Source: a virus
DNA length: 64,000 bases
Strand: one strand, 5' to 3'
IMG/VR virus record: IMGVR_UViG_3300025168_000068
Location: 7,717-71,716 of that record
Part shown: positions 30,935 to 40,540 of the stretch, piece by piece
Layout of the letters: every line of letters starts with the position of its first letter
Position numbering within the stretch: the stretch's first letter is position 1
Translations under genes and position numbers: made by a program
Notes under the pieces: generated by a model
The model's database searches: none
Told to the model about the DNA's origin: nothing
Seen by the model: only the letters and a program-made list of their open reading frames with translations

Positions 30935-31197
30935 TAATCATACCTCCATAGGTTAGGCTCTTTACTGTTTACTCTTTCTACGGCTATAGTATATCTAGGG
31001 TGTCTGAGTAAAGCGTAATGTAATGATACCGCTTGATTCCTTGTAGTGCTACCCTTAACGTAGATTGAGTTGATAAACTTATTACCGTTCCTCAATACTA
31101 AACCATGTAACACTTGTGTTGTGTTAAAGGTCTTACCTTTATTCTTTTCACCGTATCGGTTCAAGGCATCATCTAGAAACTTACCGTTCTTACTCAT
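30934..31197 (-). CDS. Winged-helix-like protein
   Basis: TFNTTQVLHGL...LHYALLRHPRY...NLWRY. Confidence 0.5.
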   Translation of the reverse strand: MSKNGKFLDDALNRYGEKNKGKTFNTTQVLHGLVLRNGNKFINSIYVKGSTTRNQAVSLHYALLRHPRYTIAVERVNSKEPNLWRYD

Positions 31198-31567
31198 CCC
31201 TGTAACACCCCAAACTAGAAATTAACGCTCTCCTTTCATTTACCATTTCAGTATTAGTCCAGTCGAAACTAGGGTCATCGTCAAAGTAACTATTATACTG
31301 AGTCATATTACACGTAAATGTTTTCGGTGTTGTATTATGGTTGGTGAATACAGGATGTCTAAGCATCTTAGACCGTAACTTACTGTATGTCGAAGAACCC
31401 CTACATTTTCTATATAGTTTCCCCGACTTGGTAGTCATGTGTTGAAACACCTCAGAAGCCGAACAGGGTCGTTTGACCTTCATCAGATACCTAGCGGCAG
31501 CCTTGACAGTATTGTTCTGTTGGCTCATACTCCTTTTAGATAGGTGGCCGGATAATCTCTTACTCAT
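31190..31567 (-). CDS. Winged-helix-like protein
   Basis: PCSASEVFQHM...KLRSKMLRHPVF. Confidence 0.5.
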   Translation of the reverse strand: MSKRLSGHLSKRSMSQQNNTVKAAARYLMKVKRPCSASEVFQHMTTKSGKLYRKCRGSSTYSKLRSKMLRHPVFTNHNTTPKTFTCNMTQYNSYFDDDPSFDWTNTEMVNERRALISSLGCYRDE

Positions 31568-32886
31568 TGTTTTACCCCCCATTCTATTTCTTCGGTAACT
31601 GCCGGGTGTCCGAATCTACAAGTAACTCCTTTGCGCCCTCTTCTCTTTACATCAGGTTCGTATTCGACATACCACGATTGACCTTGCAGGTTTTCCACAA
31701 TCCACCTCTTAGCGGATTGATAATCACCGTTAGTAACCATGCGAGATACTTCCTTGACAACCTGAGACTTAGATAAATCTTGCATCCAAAATGTAGTCTT
31801 GATTAATTCGGTATCGGCATCCATCACTCTTCTTCTTTGAGTTAGGCTTTGAGATAGAATACTCCTTAAAGTATCATCCATAGTTATTACTAAAGGAACA
31901 TTACCTCTATACTCAGGTTGCATCATGTGATAACCTATAGCCAACCTTCGGAACAGGTCTGCCTCATAAGACCTTACGCTAGGTCTATCAATCCACTCGG
32001 CTATATCATCATCAAATAGAATACCGCTAGGAGGATTACTAACCGCTTCTAACATACGGCTTTGAATCCATTCCTTGATTGCTATATTCTTTCCCGCCAA
32101 TTCTATTCTAGTTTCCCTAGTCATGTTAGACTGTTTGTGTTGCGCCTGTTTAAACTTCAACTCTTTCTCAGGACTCATCTCAATATCAATAATAAAGAAT
32201 CTTCTATCTAACCCTGAATCTAATTCAAACCTAGCAGGTTGTGTAGCAGCCCACATAGTATAACGGGTAGTGTATTGCACCCATCCCATCTTCAATGCCT
32301 TCTGAACTCTACCATTATCTAGGGACGTAAGTAACTGATTCTTCATGTCTAGGCTATGGTCTTTCTTAGACGCATCAGACATAGAAGAGAACTCCTCAAA
32401 CCCTAAGAAGCCACCGCACATCTCTCTAGCAATAGGGCGACCTGCTATATCTCCTAATTCGTTTAGACTTCCAAACATACCTGCCTCGGTAATAGAGTTA
32501 GCCCCCATCATTGTCTTGTAGCCATGTCCTAAGTCGGCGTTAGTAGAGTGTAGTAGTCCTGTGCCTTCTGCTAGAAAAAGATTGATTAGAACGGACTTAC
32601 CGCTACCCTTTGCACCCCTCATTAGAATATGTATTCTAGTATCAGGTAGTTGGGACATAGGCGTATAGAATGGCATATTGTTATGCCTCAACGGACAGTT
32701 ATCAATAGTGAAATCTAGGTCAGGGTCTAGTAGTGGGTCCTCCGGGTCGAAGTCACACCTACTGCACTTGTTTAGAGCGTTGAATAAGTGACTACCAATA
32801 CTACAGATGAAAATTGGTATCTTATCTTCCACATCTACATAATAGTTTCTTGAAACGAAATCATTCACCTCGTTAAAAATATTCAT
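31564..32886 (-). CDS. MCM-like AAA+ ATPase (putative replicative helicase)
   Basis: HILMRGAKGSGKS, SITEAGMFGS, GGFLGFEEF, AATQP, GLDRRF. Confidence 0.75.
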   Translation of the reverse strand: MNIFNEVNDFVSRNYYVDVEDKIPIFICSIGSHLFNALNKCSRCDFDPEDPLLDPDLDFTIDNCPLRHNNMPFYTPMSQLPDTRIHILMRGAKGSGKSVLINLFLAEGTGLLHSTNADLGHGYKTMMGANSITEAGMFGSLNELGDIAGRPIAREMCGGFLGFEEFSSMSDASKKDHSLDMKNQLLTSLDNGRVQKALKMGWVQYTTRYTMWAATQPARFELDSGLDRRFFIIDIEMSPEKELKFKQAQHKQSNMTRETRIELAGKNIAIKEWIQSRMLEAVSNPPSGILFDDDIAEWIDRPSVRSYEADLFRRLAIGYHMMQPEYRGNVPLVITMDDTLRSILSQSLTQRRRVMDADTELIKTTFWMQDLSKSQVVKEVSRMVTNGDYQSAKRWIVENLQGQSWYVEYEPDVKRRGRKGVTCRFGHPAVTEEIEWGVKQ

Positions 32887-33686
32887 TCCCAATCACCTAT
32901 CATTCCTTGTAAAGTTTGGGCTGAAAGTAATAAGTCGCGTATTCTTTCATACTCAGACTCGATATACTTTAAGCCGTATTTCTCTTCTATAAGACTGAGC
33001 ATAGTATCTGTTGATATTTCATCCACTGGTGTATCTGCACCTTGACAAACCATAATAATACTTTTAGCGTCAGTAAAGGCTTCAAACATATCAGCAAATA
33101 CCCATGATATAGGCACAAGGTAAACATCTTCTTCCATTTCCCTTTTCTGTAAGTTTGTATTCACTACATACATATCACTACTATTCCACTCATACTCAAT
33201 GTATTCTCCATTCTTCAATACATCAATCCTACTACTGTATCTCTCCAACGTGTCGCTAGTCATAAAGAACATTTCAGAAGGATTGTATTGCTTTAACGAT
33301 AAAATTACATCTCTAATAATCGGGTATGTGTATAACCACGCATTTCTATTGTAGCCTTCTTCCAAAGTAGGTTCTATCGGGAAAGTATTACTTATCCTAA
33401 GAATAAGGATGCTATCGTTTTCCTCGTTCTTTCTTTCATACAATCTCCACTCATGCCATACTGGGTCGGGTATTGCTGATATTGCTTCTACGTTCATCAG
33501 TTTACTGTATACACTAGCAACGTGTGAATCTTTACCATCAACTAAACTAGACCCTGCTAGATAAGATGCACTACCGTATTCGTCTTGGGAGTAAACTATT
33601 AATTTTACATCTCCCTTGAAGAACGGTTTCGCGTTACTGTTGTGCCACACAATTTCTGTGTCTTTCATTTGCTCTATATATTTCAT
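32883..33686 (-). CDS. PAC2 (proteasome assembly chaperone)-like protein
   Basis: LIVY...GSASYLAGSSLV...VASVYS, WRLYE...ILILR, YPIIRDVIL...EMFFMTS, PVDEISTDTMLSLIEEKYGL follow the PAC2 element order. Confidence 0.45.
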   Translation of the reverse strand: MKYIEQMKDTEIVWHNSNAKPFFKGDVKLIVYSQDEYGSASYLAGSSLVDGKDSHVASVYSKLMNVEAISAIPDPVWHEWRLYERKNEENDSILILRISNTFPIEPTLEEGYNRNAWLYTYPIIRDVILSLKQYNPSEMFFMTSDTLERYSSRIDVLKNGEYIEYEWNSSDMYVVNTNLQKREMEEDVYLVPISWVFADMFEAFTDAKSIIMVCQGADTPVDEISTDTMLSLIEEKYGLKYIESEYERIRDLLLSAQTLQGMIGDWE

Positions 33687-33719
33687 AATATCACCTGCTA
33701 TATTTTAACGGGGGTTCAT

Positions 33720-33905
33720 GGGGCATTTAATTCTTTTTTTGATTTGTAATTCCCTAGAAAGAATAAAACGCTATACTGCTCTATTGTTTCTTTTATTTTT
33801 ATTTATTTCAAAGAGAGTAGAGAAAGGAACTATTCCTTTACTACCTTTGAACAATAAAAAGAATTACAAAAAACGCCCTACTGCGCCCCATTAATTCTTT
33901 CTGAA
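33720..33905 (-). promoter_or_regulatory. Conserved element A (box-IR-box)
   Basis: AAAACGCTATACTGC 33765-33779, TTCAAAG 33807-33813, central hairpin, CTTTGAA 33845-33851, AAAACGCCCTACTGCG 33870-33885; reverse complement aligns with 54006-54227. Confidence 0.75.
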
Positions 33906-34811
33906 CGTCCTCCTAACATCCAAAAACATTTCATGCATCAATCTATTTCTGTCATGTCTAACCAAGTTATTGATGCGAATACTATGTTTTACATGACCCG
34001 ACAAAACAGGATAGAGTCTATCGGTAAAGTCAGTCTCTACTACTACCGGACACCATTTTCTAGTCTCTTCGATACCTGCGTGTAAATCTCTGATTACTCT
34101 TTCTACCTTGAAAGCATCTTCAAAATTAACATTCTTAGCAAGTGTCGGTTGTATGAAATAATTAGATACAGCCCACACATAAGACTCATCTACTGATTTG
34201 TGTTGCTTCTGCATTACATTATATTTACCGTTAATGTATGTATTGCCATCATTCAGTATTTCCATCTCAATCTCATCTGAATATTGTGAAGTAGCAATAA
34301 GTTTTACTGAGTCATCATCATAATTATATATCTTAGGAGTATATCCTAGATTCTCAAGTAAATCTACACAAGCGTTCAAATCGTGAGAATCCTGTATACC
34401 CTTCGTGTTTATACTCGTAATTACTTTATGCCCTGTTGTAAGTATTCTGAATCTACCTGTCAAAGTTTTAGCCGAACCTTCTAAAGTCATCCAGTATTCG
34501 AGAGTTTCTTTTAGTGCCATTCTCTTGTAGATTGCCATGAAAGCCTTATGACCCATACTACTATCCAATAGACCCGTTAATAATGATTTGATAACTGCTC
34601 TATCTACAATATAGAAAGTCTGTCCTTTCATTTCTAGTTCAACAAGTGGTTGCCATATACTTCGGTTCTGTTTACCATTTCTAGCAGCACTAGCATAATG
34701 TATACTACAAGACTCTACATCCAAAAATAAATTGTTCTGTATATCATTCTTGTATGGTTTTAGATTAAAGTCTGAATCAAACATATCATCCAAGTTATTA
34801 ACCCATGTCAT
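33891..34811 (-). CDS. Hypothetical protein
   Basis: 306-aa ORF, GGGGTGA RBS. Confidence 0.65.
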   Translation of the reverse strand: MTWVNNLDDMFDSDFNLKPYKNDIQNNLFLDVESCSIHYASAARNGKQNRSIWQPLVELEMKGQTFYIVDRAVIKSLLTGLLDSSMGHKAFMAIYKRMALKETLEYWMTLEGSAKTLTGRFRILTTGHKVITSINTKGIQDSHDLNACVDLLENLGYTPKIYNYDDDSVKLIATSQYSDEIEMEILNDGNTYINGKYNVMQKQHKSVDESYVWAVSNYFIQPTLAKNVNFEDAFKVERVIRDLHAGIEETRKWCPVVVETDFTDRLYPVLSGHVKHSIRINNLVRHDRNRLMHEMFLDVRRTFRKN

Positions 34812-34834
34812 AGTTTCACCCCCAAAGAAGGGGT

Positions 34835-34901
34835 GTGACTACGCCTATATGAAAGACAAACAAACAAATGCACAAAACGAGCAAAGGAAAGGCGTAGCCA
34901 C
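34835..34901. other. 12-bp stem enclosing a 43-nt strand-biased loop
   Basis: GTGACTACGCCT (34835-34846) and AGGCGTAGCCAC (34890-34901). Confidence 0.5.
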
Positions 34902-35004
34902 GATGCTATTGAGGCAATACCTTTGTCGCTGTTCTGATGGTAGTTCATGCCGTAGTTAAATGTTACTACATCGAAGAATACTCTTGAGTGTCCGATTATT
35001 CTCA

Positions 35005-35112
35005 TCATGCTAACCACACTCCCAAACCCGCTAGTAGTATTCCTATAGCGATTCCTCTACAGATGAAAGAAAATATCTCAAAGAAATAATCTTTTAAGGT
35101 TGATTGTATCAT
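35005..35112 (-). CDS. 35-aa membrane microprotein with N-terminal PIP-like motif
   Basis: MIQSTLKDYFFEIFSFICRGIAIGILLAGLGVWLA*; GGAGG upstream and ATGA overlap. Confidence 0.55.
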   Translation of the reverse strand: MIQSTLKDYFFEIFSFICRGIAIGILLAGLGVWLA

Positions 35113-35198
35113 TCTTCTCCCTCCTCAAGATGCTGTCGAAGTAACATATCATTGTAGGCCGCTATACCTTTCTCGAACTCTCTTACAACGTCTTTCAT
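35109..35198 (-). CDS. 29-aa microprotein
   Basis: MKDVVREFEKGIAAYNDMLLRQHLEEGEE*; ATGA overlaps at both ends. Confidence 0.5.
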   Translation of the reverse strand: MKDVVREFEKGIAAYNDMLLRQHLEEGEE

Positions 35199-35455
35199 TC
35201 TTCCTCGCCTCCACAGTAAACTAGAGAATTACGATGACACTCATCACAGTCTCCGTCATACATAGTCGGTTCAATATTATCCCCGTAGTTGTAAGGCACA
35301 TCGTCTATCGCTAGGCATACAGCACATACGTTAGATTCACCTTCTACCTCATCTGATACACGATACATCCCCGTTATACACGGTTTGTCACCCTTATACC
35401 AAAATGTGTTCATCAATTCAATTCCTTGTTTAAGTTTCATTCTTCTTGTTTTCAT
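35195..35455 (-). CDS. Zn-finger hypothetical protein
   Basis: CAVC...CDEC. Confidence 0.55.
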   Translation of the reverse strand: MKTRRMKLKQGIELMNTFWYKGDKPCITGMYRVSDEVEGESNVCAVCLAIDDVPYNYGDNIEPTMYDGDCDECHRNSLVYCGGEEE

Positions 35456-35640
35456 TTTAATTCCTCCAATAATTTTTCCGTATATACAATTGCATCCATC
35501 AGTTCTTCTTGGAAATGCTTTAACCATTGTTCTATACTTAGGTCACTTCTTTCCATAGTAACCCCATACTTATTTTTACCGACTGCTGCTCTAGCCTGTA
35601 TCTTCTCACATACTTTATCCTCTATTCTACTCATCATCAT
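35452..35640 (-). CDS. Small all-alpha NTP pyrophosphatase-like (MazG-like) phage protein
   Basis: RAAVGKNKYG...WLKHFQEELMDAIVY. Confidence 0.55.
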   Translation of the reverse strand: MMMSRIEDKVCEKIQARAAVGKNKYGVTMERSDLSIEQWLKHFQEELMDAIVYTEKLLEELK

Positions 35641-35704
35641 TCCTCCTCGTAAGGTTCGTCTAAATATTCGTGGTCGTATGAGGTCATGCTATCAGGATAA
35701 GGCA

Positions 35705-36007
35705 TCATCTAATCCCTCCTATGACTTTCCAGTAATCAGGTTCGCTATCATCTTCCGGTCTTTTATTTTCTTTGACGACGTTAGAATAATCCTTAATCAA
35801 TTTACGATATGATTTCACACTATCCTTAGTTCTAGGTGCAGCAACCCCTAACCACGCCCAACCTTCATGTATTATACATCTAAGATGGATTAACTCCTCT
35901 TCTAATTGCTCTCTCGTATAATAATCCAATCCGGCATCTGCTTTTATCTTGATAGTAAGTTTCTCTCTAGGACTTACATATTCTCCTATCTTAACCATAC
36001 TAAGCAC
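35705..36007 (-). CDS. Hypothetical protein
   Basis: ORF in the early cluster. Confidence 0.55.
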   Translation of the reverse strand: MLSMVKIGEYVSPREKLTIKIKADAGLDYYTREQLEEELIHLRCIIHEGWAWLGVAAPRTKDSVKSYRKLIKDYSNVVKENKRPEDDSEPDYWKVIGGIR

Positions 36008-36275
36008 CTCTCTCTACCCATTCCATATAGGCTTCATAATCAATCATGTGGTAGGTCTTTAGGGCTACCTTCATACCAGTGTTTCTGATGAACTCAGAAC
36101 GTATACCCTTGCAGCCTCTCATCAGATTACTAACACTCCTTTGGTTAGAGGTATTCAGTCTAGGCGACCGTTCCTGTAGTTTATCTACAATCTGCTGTGC
36201 AGTCAATGCTTCATCTACCGATGAAAGTATTGTCCCTATCTTCTTCCTTCTGTTTATCTGTTTTCTTTTACCCAT
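36000..36275 (-). CDS. Winged-helix-like protein
   Basis: ALTAQQIVDKL...NQRSVSNLMRG...KTYHM. Confidence 0.6.
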   Translation of the reverse strand: MGKRKQINRRKKIGTILSSVDEALTAQQIVDKLQERSPRLNTSNQRSVSNLMRGCKGIRSEFIRNTGMKVALKTYHMIDYEAYMEWVERGA

Positions 36276-36277
36276 GA

Positions 36278-37405
36278 TTACTCCTCCTTTTGTTGTAAAA
36301 TACTTTTAACCGGAAATAAACTATTCTTACTTTTGAGATACATTATCAGTAGTTGTGTAGACATACGCTCTAACGCTATACAATCCAAGTATCTAACGTA
36401 TAACATATCTATCTTACCATCAGTCAATTTACTACCCACACAAAGGTGTGCAATCTCTTCCGACATAGATGCTCTAATCGTAGCATAATTACTGTTTGCC
36501 TTTAGTATATCCTGTGCTTTCTTTTTTACGAGAGTATAAAACTGTTCTTTAATTTTATATTCGCTGTCTGTTTTAGATGAAACATATAAATCTCCATCTT
36601 CTAGAGATAACTGTTGTCTATGCAACTCAATAGTTTGGTTCGGAAAGCGTTTTACATTGAAATTATTTAATAAGATTTCTTTAACAATATATGTAAAGTA
36701 TTCATCCATATCCGCAAAAGTATTTATTGTATTAGTAGACGACATTCGTTCTTTTTTCTTCACCTCTGTAACAATCCCTTCGAATACCGCATCTACAAAA
36801 TCCTGTGTAAGCGCAGCATCCTCGCTTGTTTTATTCGTGTCATAATCATTCGCTATAGAATCAAACCAGTCTACGAATAGGGGATTGAGTTTCTGAGCAT
36901 TTTGCTCGTAACTAATTCTCATACCTCTTGAATCCTCATACTTTTTGATATATGTATTTGGTCTAGGGCTTATTTTAAATATAGGACATTCTTTGTAATT
37001 AGCAAATGTAATTGCATGGTCTTGGTATTTCACGAAAAGTCTCGCGCCGTCCTTTAATTCATCCTTAGTGTAATTTTGCATCAACCACGTTTTCATCATA
37101 TCTTCGTCAATTTGATGATGACCCTTGTAAGGACAACTATATCCTACTGTTCGATGTATAAAATATTTATCCGGGTTGTAATCCATGTGCCATTTATACA
37201 CAGGTGTAAAAACAGATACCATTAAGAAATCATGGAAGCAATTAGATTGACCGTTTACTAATCTTTTACCATCTTTGTAATCCTGTTTAGTTTTCCTAAT
37301 AGTTATCCAATCGCTTTTACTACCTAGAGTTAAATCAACCCCCATTTCATCTCTACTAATCCCTAGTTTTCGCATAGTTTTGGCGTTCAGTGTAGTTCGC
37401 ATCAT
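36278..37405 (-). CDS. Hypothetical protein
   Basis: Long ORF, no recognised motif. Confidence 0.65.
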   Translation of the reverse strand: MMRTTLNAKTMRKLGISRDEMGVDLTLGSKSDWITIRKTKQDYKDGKRLVNGQSNCFHDFLMVSVFTPVYKWHMDYNPDKYFIHRTVGYSCPYKGHHQIDEDMMKTWLMQNYTKDELKDGARLFVKYQDHAITFANYKECPIFKISPRPNTYIKKYEDSRGMRISYEQNAQKLNPLFVDWFDSIANDYDTNKTSEDAALTQDFVDAVFEGIVTEVKKKERMSSTNTINTFADMDEYFTYIVKEILLNNFNVKRFPNQTIELHRQQLSLEDGDLYVSSKTDSEYKIKEQFYTLVKKKAQDILKANSNYATIRASMSEEIAHLCVGSKLTDGKIDMLYVRYLDCIALERMSTQLLIMYLKSKNSLFPVKSILQQKEE

Positions 37406-37530
37406 CAGAACCACCCTCCGCATTTACCACATATGATAGGATGAGTCGGCATCTCAAAACTGCGCTCGGCTCTACCACAAGTGCATTTACTATCATCATT
37501 AAAGATAAAGTCGTTATCTCCAAAAACCAT
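37405..37530 (-). CDS. Zn-ribbon microprotein (41 aa)
   Basis: CTCG...ICGKCGGWF*; TGATG overlap with the downstream gene. Confidence 0.6.
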   Translation of the reverse strand: MVFGDNDFIFNDDSKCTCGRAERSFEMPTHPIICGKCGGWF

Positions 37531-37617
37531 TCACTCTTCCTCCTGTAATCTTTTAAGGTTTAATCTACGGACTTTATACTTCATGTTGTATCTGTATCTC
37601 TGTGCTGCTTTAGTCAT
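37531..37617 (-). CDS. Basic microprotein (28 aa)
   Basis: MTKAAQRYRYNMKYKVRRLNLKRLQEEE*; GGGTGA RBS. Confidence 0.45.
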   Translation of the reverse strand: MTKAAQRYRYNMKYKVRRLNLKRLQEEE

Positions 37618-37844
37618 TGTTTCACCCCTTTCCTTGATATTATACTAGGAGAGGTTTTCCATACTCCACCAATCGGTATAACTCTTTTACCGTGACCTCT
37701 TCCGTAACTTCTTTCCTCAGTCGCTTTTATCGCAACTGTTTTTGTGTTAATTTTAACTACAACACCTTCCGTCATTTTTCCATCATTCAGGTTCTTCCTA
37801 CCGAATCTTACTTTCATGCCTATTTCAATATCCTCTATATTCAT
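37614..37844 (-). CDS. SH3/KOW-like beta-barrel protein
   Basis: IGMKVRFGRK...TEGVVVKIN...VWKTS; similar to 40537-40887. Confidence 0.55.
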   Translation of the reverse strand: MNIEDIEIGMKVRFGRKNLNDGKMTEGVVVKINTKTVAIKATEERSYGRGHGKRVIPIGGVWKTSPSIISRKGVKQ

Positions 37845-38140
37845 TCTATATCACCTACTGTAAAGATAGTTCCTGATTCTAAATGTATGTCGTAACCAGT
37901 TCCTCTATTTGTCAGCGCATCAATTTTTGTTATGTCAATACTAGTGTGACCCGAATGTGTACGGAATAATAAGTACCTTTGGGGTTTACCAAAGATAGTA
38001 GCGGGGTTGTATTGGTACGCATCTTTACATTCAAGTACAGATTGTATAAGCATCTGCACATCTCCTGTATTTCTCATTGGACCCTCAACTAGTTTAAGGT
38101 CTATACTACTTTTCCTAAATGGTGTATTCTTTAGTGTCAT
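37841..38140 (-). CDS. Hypothetical protein
   Basis: ATGA overlaps. Confidence 0.55.
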   Translation of the reverse strand: MTLKNTPFRKSSIDLKLVEGPMRNTGDVQMLIQSVLECKDAYQYNPATIFGKPQRYLLFRTHSGHTSIDITKIDALTNRGTGYDIHLESGTIFTVGDIE

Positions 38141-38403
38141 TCTACATCACCGACCCTTTTAGGAAATCCTCCTATAACATCCCAGTGTAACTCTAAGTTC
38201 GTTTGTGAGTTCCATGTAGGGTTGCCGTCTGTTTTCCAAAGTATAACCCCTGAGTCAGTCACTTCATAACCTACTACGCTTATTTCAACGCCGTTATGTT
38301 TATTTTTGAATTGACAATCCCTATAGTCATTCATCCCAATTGGTATTGGGGCATTCGTTCTTAATTCATCTTTTTCTTCATCACTCATTATCGGTTCTCT
38401 CAT
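38137..38403 (-). CDS. Hypothetical protein
   Basis: Overlapping start/stop. Confidence 0.55.
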   Translation of the reverse strand: MREPIMSDEEKDELRTNAPIPIGMNDYRDCQFKNKHNGVEISVVGYEVTDSGVILWKTDGNPTWNSQTNLELHWDVIGGFPKRVGDVE

Positions 38404-38807
38404 TATATCAACTCCTCGTTGTTACTTAGTTTTAGCGACTCGGCCCTAGCCTTTAAGGGTGTCGCACCCCTTTCGATAAATAGGTTATACACTCTAAGTA
38501 TCTGTGCTTGTTTACTCATAATCTTTCTACTTGCCATGACTCTCTCACGACAAGTATGCAAGTCTCTCGGTGCATATACTATGCCGTGTTCATTGGTATC
38601 TTTTACGGCCTCGAATAATACATTAGTCCTTAAAAGACTTGATACTTTATTTATATCGTAAAACAGTTTTCTATGATTCTCATTAAGATAATTATATACT
38701 TGTTTTACGCTGAAAGTATCTTGGTCTGTCCTCATCATATAGAAATACATTGTTTCATTCAAGGATAATCTATTGTTCCAATCCAAAGTCGGCTCTACTT
38801 GCTTCAT
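38403..38807 (-). CDS. Winged-helix-like protein
   Basis: ATG 38807 with GGAGGT RBS; TFSVKQVYNYL...INKVSSLLR...IVYA. Confidence 0.55.
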   Translation of the reverse strand: MKQVEPTLDWNNRLSLNETMYFYMMRTDQDTFSVKQVYNYLNENHRKLFYDINKVSSLLRTNVLFEAVKDTNEHGIVYAPRDLHTCRERVMASRKIMSKQAQILRVYNLFIERGATPLKARAESLKLSNNEELI

Positions 38808-40540
38808 TCTACCCACCTCCAATACTTGCTCATGTTCTCCAGTTGGCTTGTGCTGATGGAGGAAATCTCTGATAAGCCTATCGGATTCAGGCCCACAAGA
38901 TTTGCTTGGTTTTTGATTACAGCACATCTCATACGCTTTAGGAATGATTGATGCGCTTCTTTCATTTCTAATAATGTCGTAGTCTTTGTATTGAAATCTT
39001 CTACGATTCTTAGTGCTTCTTTGTAAACTTCGTGTGGATGAGCGATTATAGGTTTTGTCAATTCACGTATATGTCTATATTCATGGTAATAATCGCGGGT
39101 GTATAAATAATCACTAGATACTATCAAACTATTGTCTATTTCTTCATCAGTCATTTCAAGTAACTTTAATCCCTCTTCTATTTCTTCTCTTTTAAAGTTG
39201 ATTTCTATAAGGTTTCGAGGAAAGTAACTATTAGTGTATTCAACGTAATTAGTAATTGCTTTGTTCAGATGTTTGTAATGCTGTAAGTTGTCACCAAATA
39301 TTAGTCTTTGAATATCTTCATCTTCGTTTCGGACTGAACGTAACAGGTGATTAATTCTTTCAGCGCGAATCCAAAACTCAACACTCCATATATCTAGATT
39401 CACTTCGCCCCATATTTTTGTAAAGTGTTTTTCTATACGATTAGCGAGGTCCTCAAACTTTCCTATATTTATTTCAATATCTGCTACTAAAGCCCTAATA
39501 CTATTATGATGTATTTTACCGTCGCTAGACCTGCGACCTCTATAATACTCATCGTCCTCGTTTTCAACTGGTCTAGCCCGTTCTAATGCTTCGATAGTTT
39601 TTCGCATAACAATATTATTATGTTTCTTAAGTTGTTCTACTTTCACGTAACTCTCGAAGTCTTGTTCTTCTAGAACTTCTATGCGATTTGTAAATGTTTT
39701 CACGTTTAAACTAATAGCGTTATTCCTTCTTTGCCCTAACCCTGATGTGTTACCTATCTTAGTATAACCACTAAGTGAGTTCCAACCGATGTTATCTCTT
39801 TTATCGTGACTAACTATAAGATAGTTGTATTCAGGACAGGTCTTACTGAAAGACCTTACTGACATTTTGATTCTTCGTAATTTCTCTAGAAAATATTCGG
39901 TGTTTATTTTATTTAAAATATCTTTGTGCAATCTCGCATTGACTTCTGCTAGTGGTGGCAACGAAACTATATCTTCGTATCTATCCTTTGGTTCGTAACC
40001 CAAAACAATACTAGGAATATAGTAACTTTGTTGCCAATAGAATGTGTGATGATTACCATGAATCGCTGCTATCAAATCTGCATCAGTGAACTCAAGAACG
40101 GACTTCATGTCGAACTCCGTTTTATTTGTCATGGCCCTCCTCGTTTCATAATTATGTTTCCAGTTTCTCAACTCTTTTAGAGTAGACATGAATCTATATA
40201 AATCCCATGCTGCAATATCTACTCTTACTGATTTTTGTTGAAAGAATCTAAGATATGTTATTTTAGGGTCCAATGTATATGCCCTGTCATCAAAGCCTAA
40301 ACTATTTTTTAGTATATCACTAAACCTATCAAAATTAATAGATAGGTGATAATTATATTTTGTAATCTCTCTATACATCGAAGTTATACGTTGAGTAATT
40401 CTTTCGCCGACCCTACCTGTAGTTAAGTGTCTAGTTGTGCTAGTATGAATGTTGCCTAGAGGCACTATCAATGAATCTAAAAATAGTTCAGACTCTAAAT
40501 CAAGTGCGCCATGAGTTTTTTCATAATCATATTCACTCAT
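38804..40540 (-). CDS. Large hypothetical protein (578 aa)
   Basis: Long ORF, GAGGTGA RBS. Confidence 0.7.
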   Translation of the reverse strand: MSEYDYEKTHGALDLESELFLDSLIVPLGNIHTSTTRHLTTGRVGERITQRITSMYREITKYNYHLSINFDRFSDILKNSLGFDDRAYTLDPKITYLRFFQQKSVRVDIAAWDLYRFMSTLKELRNWKHNYETRRAMTNKTEFDMKSVLEFTDADLIAAIHGNHHTFYWQQSYYIPSIVLGYEPKDRYEDIVSLPPLAEVNARLHKDILNKINTEYFLEKLRRIKMSVRSFSKTCPEYNYLIVSHDKRDNIGWNSLSGYTKIGNTSGLGQRRNNAISLNVKTFTNRIEVLEEQDFESYVKVEQLKKHNNIVMRKTIEALERARPVENEDDEYYRGRRSSDGKIHHNSIRALVADIEINIGKFEDLANRIEKHFTKIWGEVNLDIWSVEFWIRAERINHLLRSVRNEDEDIQRLIFGDNLQHYKHLNKAITNYVEYTNSYFPRNLIEINFKREEIEEGLKLLEMTDEEIDNSLIVSSDYLYTRDYYHEYRHIRELTKPIIAHPHEVYKEALRIVEDFNTKTTTLLEMKEAHQSFLKRMRCAVIKNQANLVGLNPIGLSEISSISTSQLENMSKYWRWVE

